This document shows positions 1-9,280 of a DNA stretch of 64,000 nt, one piece after another. The notes beneath the pieces are model-generated. The model did no database searches. It was given only the letters and a program-made list of their open reading frames with translations, and was not told where the DNA came from. Source of the DNA: Bdellovibrionales bacterium Ga0074137 (lineage in GTDB: Bacteria > Bdellovibrionota > Bdellovibrionia > Bdellovibrionales > JAMPXM01). Both the position numbers and the translations under genes were made by a program. The stretch's first letter is position 1; each line of letters begins with the position of its first letter. The stretch is from NCBI GenBank assembly GCA_001464715.1, contig LNDT01000018.1, forward strand, positions 19,625-83,624, written 5' to 3'.

Positions 1-32
1 TGTGTGGTATCGAACGGCACCAGCTTCAGGCT

Positions 33-293
33 TTGAAAAGTGGAGTTGGCGATAGCCGCCAAATTAGTTCAGTTCTTGATCGGGTGGACGAACTGGCGCG
101 TATGATTGTTGGCGCGGATCCTCGCTTGGCAGCGATCGAGCGATGGTGGAGCACCGAAAAAGTAAGAATGGCGCCGGCTTCAAAAGAGAATTTGATTGAA
201 ATGAACAATGTGCTCAACGACCGCTTGAACTCGGTCCTTCAAGGCATGAACCAAATCGAGGAACAACGTGACGGACATCAGCTGGACATCTGA
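33..293 (+). CDS. hypothetical protein (possibly 5'-truncated by the window edge)
   Basis: The frame is open from nt 3 to 293 with no in-frame stop before the TTG at 33, so the gene may start upstream of the window. No recognisable motif. It overlaps the next ORF by 26 nt. Confidence 0.35.
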   Translation: MKSGVGDSRQISSVLDRVDELARMIVGADPRLAAIERWWSTEKVRMAPASKENLIEMNNVLNDRLNSVLQGMNQIEEQRDGHQLDI

Positions 294-897
294 TCAAATA
301 GCTACGGAATTTACAGATTGCGCCACAGTGGGAGAGGTCATTCATCGACTGGAGTCGATCATCGCGGCGAAGGGTGAAGTTATCTGCGAAATTCGCGTCA
401 ACGGACAAGTCATCGACGAGCAAGCCGAACTCGGTTTGTCCGATGATCCCCAAAAACTGAACCCGCGAACAGAGATTCAGTCGTTATCGATTCGATGTGA
501 TCGGCCCGAACATCTCATCGGACAAGCCCTGCGCTCGACGTTAAGTTTTATACCACTTTTGACGGCGGCGAGTGTCGACACAGCAACTCGCTTTCGCGAT
601 GGCGATATTCACGTTGGAAGCGAACAACTGAACGAAGCTCTGGAGGGTTGTCAGTGGTTTGTTGAAACAATCCACCACGCTCGTGGTGCGGCTTCGGGAA
701 TCGGAGCTAGCGTTGGTCAACCCGAGCGTTGGCACGAGGCTGAGAAGATGTTGTTCCAAGTTATCACCGAGCTGACCGCGACTTTCGACCGGAAGGACTA
801 TGTTCTGGCGGCCGACCTTCTCGAATACGAGCTCACAGCGGCACTTGAAATGTGGATTCCTGTCTTAAGACTCGAGGCGGAGCGCCGTCCTGTTTGA
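268..897 (+). CDS. hypothetical protein, possibly an Hpt-like phosphotransfer protein
   Basis: 209-aa ORF. The segment IHHARGAASGIGA resembles the HxxKGxxxxxG phosphohistidine motif of Hpt domains. It lies directly upstream of a histidine kinase and receiver pair. Confidence 0.5.
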   Translation: MTDISWTSDQIATEFTDCATVGEVIHRLESIIAAKGEVICEIRVNGQVIDEQAELGLSDDPQKLNPRTEIQSLSIRCDRPEHLIGQALRSTLSFIPLLTAASVDTATRFRDGDIHVGSEQLNEALEGCQWFVETIHHARGAASGIGASVGQPERWHEAEKMLFQVITELTATFDRKDYVLAADLLEYELTAALEMWIPVLRLEAERRPV

Positions 898-928
898 CGG
901 ATTGAACGGTTCTTAAGAGACTTGTGAG

Positions 929-2974
929 GTGAATAGCGACATCACCCCTACGCCTCTTTCATCGGTTTTTTACGAAGGTATAGATTCCGACGGTATTGTG
1001 CGCGAGGGAGCGTTCCGCGCACGTGTCAGCGTCTTGAAGCAAGAACCAAAAGAAGGCCAATCATTCATCGCGATCCTTGTCGCCTCAAATGTCACAGACC
1101 TAGAAAAGCGCGTTGCTGATTTACGCGACCGTCACCGCGATGTGCCCCTTTGGATTATTGGCGATGTTTCCGTTTCTCCCGACCACCTTCAACAGATGAT
1201 CAATACACATCGACTGAGGCGCTGGATTCCGCGTTCTTTTGAGGCTGTAGAAAAAGCAGTGCGCGAAAGTGTCAGTGAAATCGAAGCTCGTTCAACGTAT
1301 CAGAAAAGTCGCCGCGAGCTGGGCACAAGAAACCGTCAGCTGCACGATCTGCAAGAGAACCTTGAAAAAATCGTGACCGAACGAACATCTTATCTATCGG
1401 ATGCCGAGCGCGAGCTTCATAGCCGCACACAGGCCACGCGCGATCTTGTGCGCTTTATCAAAGAGCTCAGTCAAACTGAATCGATCGAAGAACTTCTCGT
1501 GCTTCTCAATCAAGAGATACGAAGCTTTCACGAAGTCCGCTCGCCCATTCTTGGTGTTGTTTCTCCTGAGTTCGGAGCACGTCTTCACTTTCAGCAGGCC
1601 CGAGCCGCCGGCGGCGGAAAGCACGCGGCGCGAGCTCTTGAAAAAGGCTGGGGATCAAAGTCAGTAAAAAAAGTGTGGACCCATCGTGTGACGATTCGGG
1701 TGGGTGATGCCGATGATCAGACCTACCTGGCTGATGAGCTCGGGCGCCCCGTCGCACGAACCATTTCGATTCCATTGGGACGCGAGTTTGGTGTTCCTGT
1801 CCGCGCCGTTCCACTTTTGTTTTTCGAACACAGTTTTGATGAGGCGAAATCCGAGCGCTTCAAACGATTTTTAATCCCGCGAATTGAACCCCTCTCAACC
1901 GCGCTGGATCGAATAATCATCAATCGTGAAATGCATGCGGCCTCGCGACTATGGGAGGCGACGTTTGACGGTATTGCGGATCCGATCGCGGTCATTACAA
2001 GTGGGTTTGAAGTTCTGCGCATGAACGAGGCTTTTTCTAGGTTTCCTGAAGCTGGAAAAAAGCTTTGTTACCAAGTGTTCGCAGATCGATCGTCACCGTG
2101 TGACGGCTGTGGCTTGAACGAAGTCGTCGCAAGCCGAGCCCCGGTTCACTGGCAAGCCCGGCGTTCGACCGATGTTTACGATGTGAATGGTTATCCGATC
2201 GAATTTGAAGACCAAGAAAGCCCGGTTCGCACCGTGATCCATCATTACTCGGACGTGACGAAATCTCTTGAGCTTAAGGGGCATGCTTTTCAAGGGGAAA
2301 AGATGGCAGCCATTGGTCTCATGGCTGGCAATATCGCCCACGAACTCAACAATCCATTGGCGGGCCTTCGTTCGCTGGCGCAGGTTCTTGCCTCCGACGA
2401 AAGTTATCCTGAGACCGTTCGCAATGATATGCGTGAAATTGAAAAAGCGGCCGAGCGGTCAAGCGCCATCATCAGAGACCTCTTAGACTTTTCGAAAGCC
2501 GACGATCGTATTCGCGAAAAAGTCTCTCTCAATGAAATCGCTGAACGGTCCTTGAATATGATCAAAACTGCTCTTCACGAGCACCGCGTAGAAACTGACT
2601 GGGCATCTCCTGAATCTGTGATGGTGGAGGTGGATCCTCATCTTCTTCAGCATGTTATTTTTAATATCGTCAACAATGCTTGTCAGGCGATGCGTGACCC
2701 AGGAGAAATTGCGATTCGAACGCGGCGCCTTCATGACCGCGTCGAAATCGAAATTGCCGACACAGGTCCTGGAATTCCCCCCGAGATTCAAAGTCGAATT
2801 TTTGAACCGTTTTTTACGACGAAAGAAGCGGGCCAGGGTACGGGACTTGGGCTCAGTATGAGTCGCTGGGTTGTCGAAAATTCCGGTGGCGTCATTGAAG
2901 TTGAAAACCGAAAAGACCAAGCCGGCACTGTCTTTCGTGTGCGACTTCCGGTCGCTCCGGAAGGATCCTCTTGA
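929..2974 (+). CDS. sensor histidine kinase (PAS-like + HisKA + HATPase_c)
   Basis: H-box IAHELNNPLAGLRSL. N-box VNNACQAM. G-boxes DTGPGIPPEI and GQGTGLGLSMS. PAS-like WEATFDGIADPIAVI. GTG start. Confidence 0.9.
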   Translation: MNSDITPTPLSSVFYEGIDSDGIVREGAFRARVSVLKQEPKEGQSFIAILVASNVTDLEKRVADLRDRHRDVPLWIIGDVSVSPDHLQQMINTHRLRRWIPRSFEAVEKAVRESVSEIEARSTYQKSRRELGTRNRQLHDLQENLEKIVTERTSYLSDAERELHSRTQATRDLVRFIKELSQTESIEELLVLLNQEIRSFHEVRSPILGVVSPEFGARLHFQQARAAGGGKHAARALEKGWGSKSVKKVWTHRVTIRVGDADDQTYLADELGRPVARTISIPLGREFGVPVRAVPLLFFEHSFDEAKSERFKRFLIPRIEPLSTALDRIIINREMHAASRLWEATFDGIADPIAVITSGFEVLRMNEAFSRFPEAGKKLCYQVFADRSSPCDGCGLNEVVASRAPVHWQARRSTDVYDVNGYPIEFEDQESPVRTVIHHYSDVTKSLELKGHAFQGEKMAAIGLMAGNIAHELNNPLAGLRSLAQVLASDESYPETVRNDMREIEKAAERSSAIIRDLLDFSKADDRIREKVSLNEIAERSLNMIKTALHEHRVETDWASPESVMVEVDPHLLQHVIFNIVNNACQAMRDPGEIAIRTRRLHDRVEIEIADTGPGIPPEIQSRIFEPFFTTKEAGQGTGLGLSMSRWVVENSGGVIEVENRKDQAGTVFRVRLPVAPEGSS

Positions 2975-3381
2975 GGACTTCGAGTTTTTCTTTTTTAGTC
3001 ATCGATGACGAGCCGCTGGTGCGACGATCTTTGGCGCGCGCGCTGCGGGCTCGCGGACATCAAACAGTCGAAGCGGTCGACGGGCACGAAGGACTCAAAG
3101 CTTGGAAGGAGACGCACTTCGACGCTGTTTTTGTCGATGTTCTGATGCCGGGTCTCAGCGGCCCGGATGTCGTTCGCCAAGCGCTGCAGGCAGGATCCGA
3201 CGCTCCCAACCAAAATCGTCCCGTGGTCGCACTCATTTCGGCCTTTTCAGGTGAAGATAGTGAAAAACTGGCTCTCGAATGTGGAGCAGATTGCTTTATC
3301 CCAAAGCCTTTTGAGGATATATTCGTCGTTGTAGACAGCGTAGCCGCAAGAGTCATGGACAAGATGCGATCGAGAGAGTGA
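2971..3381 (+). CDS. single-domain response regulator (CheY-like receiver)
   Basis: FLVIDDEPLVRRSL ... AVFVDVLMPGLSG ... KPF receiver signature. The TTG start overlaps the kinase stop (TTGA), suggesting translational coupling. Confidence 0.9.
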   Translation: MRTSSFSFLVIDDEPLVRRSLARALRARGHQTVEAVDGHEGLKAWKETHFDAVFVDVLMPGLSGPDVVRQALQAGSDAPNQNRPVVALISAFSGEDSEKLALECGADCFIPKPFEDIFVVVDSVAARVMDKMRSRE

Positions 3382-3780
3382 ATGGCCGAGAGTTCAAATG
3401 TAAGACGTGTAAAGCCGTATCCGTTCAAAGGTCAGCTCAAAGATGTCCGCGGAGCTTATCCCGGGCAGATTTTGAAATTGACCTTGCAGGGCTTGATGAT
3501 CGAAGTCGGTGGCTCTTCGGTGCAGCCCGGTGACAAAGTTGAAGTTTCTTTCACAACTCCCGTTTTGAACGGCGCTGTTATTTTGGCGGGCGTGGTTGTG
3601 AAAATTTACAACCAGCTCACTGGCGGCTCACAAGCCGTGACCGCGGGCGGTGCTGTCGGCAGTGTTGGGGGCGGATCCACCATTCACTTGATAGAAGTTC
3701 ATTACAAATCAGTTCCTCCCGATTCGATGTCGCGAATCGCGCATTTTTTGGAAAGCACCGGACAGGCAAAGCGAGGCTGA
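3382..3780 (+). CDS. small beta-rich protein, possibly PilZ-like
   Basis: 132 aa. N-terminal RRVKPYP and a central LTLQGLMIEVGG stretch loosely resemble the PilZ RxxxR / DxSxxG layout, but the motifs are degenerate. Same operon as the HK/RR. Confidence 0.45.
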   Translation: MAESSNVRRVKPYPFKGQLKDVRGAYPGQILKLTLQGLMIEVGGSSVQPGDKVEVSFTTPVLNGAVILAGVVVKIYNQLTGGSQAVTAGGAVGSVGGGSTIHLIEVHYKSVPPDSMSRIAHFLESTGQAKRG

Positions 3781-4349
3781 TGAGAATCATCTCCGGTAAA
3801 TTCAAAGGTCGGCGTTTGGTTTCGTTTAAAGCCGATCATATTCGACCCACCACGGACCGAGTTAAAGAGAGTGTGTTCAATAAACTTCAAGGCGACTGGG
3901 ATGGCGCTGAAGTCCTCGATCTTTTTGCAGGAACGGGAAACATTGGCCTTGAAGCCATTTCTCGAGGCGCCTTGTCTGTGACGGCGGTCGAACTCTCGTC
4001 GAAGTCGATCGATATCATTCGACGAAACGTCATCGAACTAAAGGTCGGTAAAGAACATCGCATCGTCAAAGACGACGTTTTAAAGTGGATCGCTCGCTAT
4101 AAGGGTGAGGCTTTTGATATCATCATGGCGGACCCTCCCTTCACCGAAAGTCTTGCGCATGCGACGCTCGAACTTTTGGCATCGTCCTCAGCCGTCGGTA
4201 CGAAGACGACTGTTGTTGTCGAGGCGTCGTCTCACGAACGGGTGGACGAGTCTTATCCTAACCTTGTTTGTTGGGATCAACGCGATTATGGAGATAAGAA
4301 AATCAGCTTTTGGTCTCGCCCCCAACCAGAACCCTCCGAAGGGAGTTAG
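3780..4349 (+). CDS. rsmD: 16S rRNA (guanine966-N2)-methyltransferase RsmD
   Basis: MRIISGKFKGRRL, RPTTDRVKESVFN, SAM motif DLFAGTGNIGLEAISRG, and the DPPF catalytic motif. Confidence 0.85.
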   Translation: MRIISGKFKGRRLVSFKADHIRPTTDRVKESVFNKLQGDWDGAEVLDLFAGTGNIGLEAISRGALSVTAVELSSKSIDIIRRNVIELKVGKEHRIVKDDVLKWIARYKGEAFDIIMADPPFTESLAHATLELLASSSAVGTKTTVVVEASSHERVDESYPNLVCWDQRDYGDKKISFWSRPQPEPSEGS

Positions 4350-4352
4350 CCG

Positions 4353-4865
4353 ATGGAAAAAGCTCGAAGAGTCGCTGTTTACCCCGGAAGTTTTGATCCG
4401 ATCACTCTTGGTCATCGCGACATTCTCACGCGCCTGGCGCCCTCGTTTGATCGTGTGGTTTTGCTCATTTCTAGCAATCGGCAGAAAGATGGACTTTTCA
4501 CTCCTGAGGAGCGAGCCGATATGGCCCGCGAAGCTTTGAAAGACATTCCGGGTGTTGAAGTGGCGATTCACGATGGCCTGACGGTCGATTATGTGAAGAA
4601 AATCGGCGCCGGAGTGATTCTACGGGGCCTACGCGCCGTCACGGACTTCGAATACGAACTCGTCATGGCCAATATGAATAAGAAGCTCGCTCCACAAATT
4701 GAGACGATGATTGTCTTTGCGAGCCCAGAGTTTTATTACGTATCCAGCAAAACCGTAAAAGAAGTGGCGCTCCACGGCGGCAAAGTTTCCGACCTGGTTC
4801 CGGCCGTCGTTGAGAAAGCGCTTCTGAAGAAGTTTCGCCAAAAAAGCGAAACGCAGCAAAGTTAG
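4353..4865 (+). CDS. coaD: phosphopantetheine adenylyltransferase
   Basis: VAVYPGSFDPITLGHRDI (the T/HxGH nucleotidyltransferase motif), about 160-aa size, conserved RGLRAVTDFEYE. Confidence 0.95.
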   Translation: MEKARRVAVYPGSFDPITLGHRDILTRLAPSFDRVVLLISSNRQKDGLFTPEERADMAREALKDIPGVEVAIHDGLTVDYVKKIGAGVILRGLRAVTDFEYELVMANMNKKLAPQIETMIVFASPEFYYVSSKTVKEVALHGGKVSDLVPAVVEKALLKKFRQKSETQQS

Positions 4866-4882
4866 AACAAGAGGAAAAGCGT

Positions 4883-6124
4883 ATGACATCATCAAAAGAA
4901 TCAACGGCCGGCGCGAACCCAGCGGCTATTTCGCTGGCGAAGCGCGCGCAACTTCTAAAGCCATCGCCGATCCTGATGTTGGCCGCTCGTGCCGGTGAAA
5001 TGAAGGCCGCAGGAAAAGATGTGATTTCACTTTCGATTGGTGAACCGGATTGGGGAACTTTCGACCGCATCAAAGAAGCGGCGATCGCCTCGATTCGAAA
5101 AGGTCAGACCAAGTACACGCCGTCTTCTGGCATCCCAGAACTTCGCAAAGCCGTTGCGGCTCAGGCCTCGGCCGATCTGGATATGAAATTCGATTTCACA
5201 GAAGTGACAGTTTCGTCGGGCGCAAAATTCGTTTTGTTTGCAGCACTGCAAGCCATGGTTGATCCAGGTGACGAAGTCATTCTTGTTGCACCTTTTTGGG
5301 CGAGTTATACGACCATGGTGGAATTGGCCGATGGAGTGCCTCGCATCGCGATCTGCGATGAAGATACGAACTTCAAGCTCACACCGGCGATCCTTGAAAA
5401 AGCGATCACACCAAAGACCAAAGTTCTACTTCTCAATTCGCCGTCCAACCCGACGGGTCTCATCTACACGCGTGAGGAATTGGCTGCGATTGCAGAAGTC
5501 CTTCGAAAGTATCCAAAGATTGCTGTGATCAGCGACGACATTTATAATCGCCTTTGTTTCACCGACAAGTTGGCGCCGCATCTTTTGCACGTCGCTCCTG
5601 ATTTACGTTCGCGCGTTGTCATACTTAATGGCGCTTCTAAAACTTACTCGATGACCGGATGGCGAATTGGCTGGGCGATCGGTCCGAAAGCGGTCATCAC
5701 GGCGATGTCGAATTACCAGTCGCAATCGGTCAGTTGTGCCTCGGCATCGGGACAGTACGGAGCTTTAGAGGGTGTTTTGAACTGCGATGATGATGTCGCA
5801 CGAACTGTGACTGTGCTGAAAGACAAGCGCGACTTCTTGGTCGCAGAACTTTCGAAAGTTCCCGGTCTGAAAACGGTTGTTCCTGAAGGTGCTTTTTATC
5901 TTTGGGTCGGCATCAAACCGTACTTGGGGAAAAAGTATAAAGGCGAAGTGATTCACGGTAGTGCGGATCTTTGCCAGCGCCTTCTTGAAGACAAGCTTGT
6001 CGCTGCGGTTCCTGGTGTTGAATTTGGTCTCGAGGGTTACTTGCGACTCAGCTACGCGCTTGAAAAAGAAAAAGGTCAGGAAGCCATCCGTCGGCTCGGA
6101 GCGCTGGTCGCCGAGTTTACTTAG
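4883..6124 (+). CDS. class I/II PLP-dependent aminotransferase (aspartate aminotransferase-like)
   Basis: LNSPSNPTG, and the PLP-lysine context NGASKTYSMTGWRIGW. Length 413 aa. Confidence 0.9.
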   Translation: MTSSKESTAGANPAAISLAKRAQLLKPSPILMLAARAGEMKAAGKDVISLSIGEPDWGTFDRIKEAAIASIRKGQTKYTPSSGIPELRKAVAAQASADLDMKFDFTEVTVSSGAKFVLFAALQAMVDPGDEVILVAPFWASYTTMVELADGVPRIAICDEDTNFKLTPAILEKAITPKTKVLLLNSPSNPTGLIYTREELAAIAEVLRKYPKIAVISDDIYNRLCFTDKLAPHLLHVAPDLRSRVVILNGASKTYSMTGWRIGWAIGPKAVITAMSNYQSQSVSCASASGQYGALEGVLNCDDDVARTVTVLKDKRDFLVAELSKVPGLKTVVPEGAFYLWVGIKPYLGKKYKGEVIHGSADLCQRLLEDKLVAAVPGVEFGLEGYLRLSYALEKEKGQEAIRRLGALVAEFT

Positions 6125-6266
6125 GCCCCTCGGCGCTCGGCTTTGGTCGAGTTTGTCTTGGCGAAACCGGGTCATTCCGACAATTTGTCGCTGTTCAGGT
6201 CTTACGTCCGTCGACGAAAAGTCAGGTCCCCGTCACACTAAGAGAAGTGAGAAGGGGGCCTGAAAA

Positions 6267-7388
6267 GTGTCTTTCACTCTATTTCTACAAATTTTCGCCA
6301 ATGTGTTTTTCGCGGTTTGCATCTTCGTTATTTTTGCGCGTCTAAGAAGGCCCGCAAAAGATGACCCAAGACTTTCAAAAGGCCTTCAACTTCTTTCGAG
6401 CAAAATCGCCGTGCTTGAAGATTTGAGTGACCGAACTGAAACACAAGTGCAGCAAATGCTTTTGCTGCTTGATCAAAAGTCGAAAGAGCTTCAATCAAAA
6501 ATCGCTCTCGCGGAACAACAAGTTTTAGCCGTGCGACAGTCGATGGATCAGAGTTTGGAAGTCGCTCAGATCTTTCAAGACAAAATTCCTCATAGCGAAA
6601 TCATCGAACGCCAGAATTCCGTCAAGTACATCAAAGCCGCGCGAATGGCCCACGCGGGGGTATCGGTCACCGACATCGCCCGAGAGGTCGATCTCCCGAT
6701 GGGCGAGATCGAGTTCATCGCGAAGGTAAATCAGGACAGCTTGTCTTTCCGCGAGGAAGACTTGCCGGCCTGGGCGCGCGACCCACGTGCTGTGACTTCG
6801 CAAGAGGCTTCGCCCACAATCGATCCGATACCCGGATTTTCGGATGCTTCCGACAGCTCGGGTTTGGTTCAGAAGCTGAGTAAACTTCAGTTTGAAATGA
6901 AAAATCTTGATCTCGAGCTCGCTCACCGAGCGCAAAGAAATGTCGTTCCCGATATGACTCAGGCCTTCGAATCGCCACGCGCGGACTCGACAAGTCTTGA
7001 ACGCTTGGGTGAAGAGTTCCGCCGCGCCGTCGAGCAGGCCGAGCGCGATGCTCAACCGACACCGCACTTTATGATGACACCTGAATCGCCAGCTATCGAG
7101 CATTATGCAGTAGGCCCGGGCCCCACGGTGTCCGCAGAAACTGTTCCGTCGCAAGCTACGCCGGCCAATCCAACAGCGGCGGTCGCAAAAGCAACGGCCG
7201 TCGCCGGCAGATCACCGGCGACAACTGAAAAGTCAGCGGCTTATACCGCACCGACTAAATCTCTAGCTCGTGAAGTTTCAATTCCTGAACTCGAAGCCGC
7301 TCGCGCGGCCGCGGCGGCCCTTCGCGCGAGCGAACCAACTCCACCCGCACCCAAGAATATTCGGCGTGTCGAGTTCCCTAGAATTTAA
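6267..7388 (+). CDS. membrane-anchored coiled-coil protein, unknown function
   Basis: GTG start preceded by GGGGG. N-terminal TM helix (FANVFFAVCIFVIFA), a long heptad-like region, and an Ala/Pro/Thr-rich C-terminal half. Confidence 0.6.
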   Translation: MSFTLFLQIFANVFFAVCIFVIFARLRRPAKDDPRLSKGLQLLSSKIAVLEDLSDRTETQVQQMLLLLDQKSKELQSKIALAEQQVLAVRQSMDQSLEVAQIFQDKIPHSEIIERQNSVKYIKAARMAHAGVSVTDIAREVDLPMGEIEFIAKVNQDSLSFREEDLPAWARDPRAVTSQEASPTIDPIPGFSDASDSSGLVQKLSKLQFEMKNLDLELAHRAQRNVVPDMTQAFESPRADSTSLERLGEEFRRAVEQAERDAQPTPHFMMTPESPAIEHYAVGPGPTVSAETVPSQATPANPTAAVAKATAVAGRSPATTEKSAAYTAPTKSLAREVSIPELEAARAAAAALRASEPTPPAPKNIRRVEFPRI

Positions 7389-7441
7389 ACGGCAATGAGT
7401 GAGGATCCACGACGATGAGGCGTGTCTGGCAAAGGGGAGAA

Positions 7442-7678
7442 ATGCTTGAGGCCGCGATCGTCGAAATGATCGACGAGATCGATTTCATCGTCCGCTTCGG
7501 CGGTGGCCCTGACGAGCCCGACTCACAACTCCTGCGCGTCTCAAACCAAACCCATCAGCACTTAAAAGTCGGCGGCATCGTTCGCCTGCGCGTGATGGAA
7601 GTTCAACCGCTAAAATTCCAATACGTAGAACCCACCACCGAGCAACGCCGAAAAGGCCGCATCGACATCTCAATCTGA
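7442..7678 (+). CDS. small hypothetical protein
   Basis: The ATG at 7442 is preceded by GGGGAGAA. The ORF track starts at 7415. No recognisable motif. Confidence 0.35.
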   Translation: MLEAAIVEMIDEIDFIVRFGGGPDEPDSQLLRVSNQTHQHLKVGGIVRLRVMEVQPLKFQYVEPTTEQRRKGRIDISI

Positions 7679-7792
7679 CACTGCCGTGGCTCGACGAACG
7701 CACTGAATACCCCATTGTGAACAGCGAAACGAGGCCGGTGCTTTAAATAATTTTGAATGTCGTTTAACATATCCAAACGGAGGCAATTCTAA

Positions 7793-8278
7793 ATGAAATA
7801 TATTTTCCTTTCCTTTCTCTTTTTCTGGATTTCCGTAAAAGCCGATGCGCTCACTCTTCGACCCGGCGATCAAATCACTATGACTCAAACCGGCACCGAA
7901 GCTTCAAACTGGGAAATAAAAAGTCGTCTCGTGGGAAAGGCCAACGGCGAACATTTCGATCTTATATTGGGCGATGTCGGGCCGGATGGTCAGAATGACT
8001 TGGCCTATGCCACGCAAGTGACGGACACGACTTTGATCTCGAGTTACCTAGCGGCGGGTCAAACCGTGACACTCAGTGAGCCAGTGACGACTGTTGTGCT
8101 TTCGAACACCGCGAAGAGTCTCCGTGCAAAACTCAAGACAGACGCGAAGGCGGCAGCCATCTATGCCGAAAAACTCGAAGCACAATACTATGGTTCGAAG
8201 AGTTTGTTGGGCGACTGCTACCGCAATAAACGTAAACTAGATGAAAAGAGCCCACCGGCGTCCGAGATTAGGCGATAG
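7793..8278 (+). CDS. secreted hypothetical protein
   Basis: GGAGG lies 9 nt upstream of the ATG. N-terminal signal-like MKYIFLSFLFFWISVKA. Confidence 0.6.
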   Translation: MKYIFLSFLFFWISVKADALTLRPGDQITMTQTGTEASNWEIKSRLVGKANGEHFDLILGDVGPDGQNDLAYATQVTDTTLISSYLAAGQTVTLSEPVTTVVLSNTAKSLRAKLKTDAKAAAIYAEKLEAQYYGSKSLLGDCYRNKRKLDEKSPPASEIRR

Positions 8279-8330
8279 TCACCACTCGCAATTACGGTTG
8301 CACGAACCTGTTAGGGCGGAACACAAAAAA

Positions 8331-8374
8331 TCAGTTCGAGTTCGAACTCAAATCTCAGTTCGAACCCGAACTAG
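8331..8374. repeat. GTTCGAAC-containing low-complexity array (2 palindromes)
   Basis: tCAGTTCGAGTTCGAACtcaaatctcaGTTCGAACccgaactag. GTTCGAAC occurs at 8340 and 8358. The same 16-mer is found at 21401, 23202 and 24413. Confidence 0.7.
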
Positions 8375-8427
8375 AAATTTACCCCGGAATCTGACAATAA
8401 GAAGAAACTGAACAATCAGTATTGAGG

Positions 8428-8561
8428 CCGCGGGATTTTACCTTTTTCCGCGACCTCCGAATCGGGAAGGTCGCGTATGCCGCGACCCGAGGCCAGGAAG
8501 GCCGAGCCGATGCGGCAGAGGGTACGACGCCCGTGTCGCGGAAAAAGGTAAAATCCCGCGG
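8428..8561 (-). repeat. structured inverted-repeat element, copy A (possible ncRNA or MITE-like element)
   Basis: The arm at 8428-8454 (CCGCGGGATTTTACCTTTTTCCGCGAC) is the exact reverse complement of 8535-8561. The 80-nt core, once reverse-complemented, aligns along its whole length with the core of copy B at 21125-21203. Confidence 0.8.
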
Positions 8562-8587
8562 ACACAAAATCGTCGTTCAATTTATGA

Positions 8588-9211
8588 CTATTTTGCGCTC
8601 TCGCGGACAAAGCGAGTGAGATAATACCGAACGAGGTAATCAGTCTTGATCGCCTGTTCGCGGTAGGTCCAATTGAGATCGCCGAAGGCGCCCCAGCGAG
8701 CGATCAAGAGATCTTCTTCACCGACATGGCTTGATACGGAAACTCCGCCGGGAGCTGCCGAAGCGCCGGCAGGTTGGAATCCCGCGCCGACGTAATGGAA
8801 GCGCACAGAAACTGCGCCGGGCTCTTTCAAAGAGAAAATTAGCTTAAAGCCGTTTCGGAACAGCATGAAGTCGGCGTGAGTGTTGGCGATGCCATAAATT
8901 TTCACTCGGCCAAGAGACGAACCTTTGAGTTGATTGAAGGCCGAAGCCGCATCGACAAAAGCCGTTTTGAGTTCGTTCATGAATGCGACCGATTCACCAA
9001 CAAGAATTTGAGCAGGATCGAAGGCCGGACCGAATTCGATGACTCCGGACTCTTCCATGCGCTGCTCGGCGCGAACCAGATCTTTGATCCAACCAAGACG
9101 GTCTGAGCGTAGGCCCTGCGAATTCGTGTTTGTTCCCGGTCGACTGCCTAAGATTTCCATTCCGTCCATGGAAGAACCCCCCTGAAAAATAGAGCTAATC
9201 GCTCCTCTCAT
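8588..9211 (-). CDS. hypothetical protein
   Basis: 207-aa ORF downstream of ssb on the same strand. No recognisable motif. The opposite-strand ORF is shorter and Arg-rich. Confidence 0.6.
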   Translation of the reverse strand: MRGAISSIFQGGSSMDGMEILGSRPGTNTNSQGLRSDRLGWIKDLVRAEQRMEESGVIEFGPAFDPAQILVGESVAFMNELKTAFVDAASAFNQLKGSSLGRVKIYGIANTHADFMLFRNGFKLIFSLKEPGAVSVRFHYVGAGFQPAGASAAPGGVSVSSHVGEEDLLIARWGAFGDLNWTYREQAIKTDYLVRYYLTRFVRESAK

Positions 9212-9240
9212 AACTTTCCGCGTTGCCGCAATAAGAAGTC

Positions 9241-9261
9241 AAGAGCCATCCGGTGGCTCTT
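9241..9261 (-). terminator. weak hairpin downstream of ssb
   Basis: AAGAGCCAtccggTGGCTCTT is an 8-bp stem. On the minus strand it is followed by gacttcttatt, only a partial U-tract. Confidence 0.3.
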
Positions 9262-9280
9262 GCGAAGGGTCCTCGGCGCT

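Noticed and set aside
8379-8619. Three tracked ORFs (8379-8567 minus, 8416-8610 minus, 8422-8619 plus) covering repeat copy A
   Set aside because: They are mirror-image translations of a perfect palindrome and its conserved core. They have no RBS and contain low-complexity Arg/Pro/Ser. The region is better explained as a structured non-coding element.
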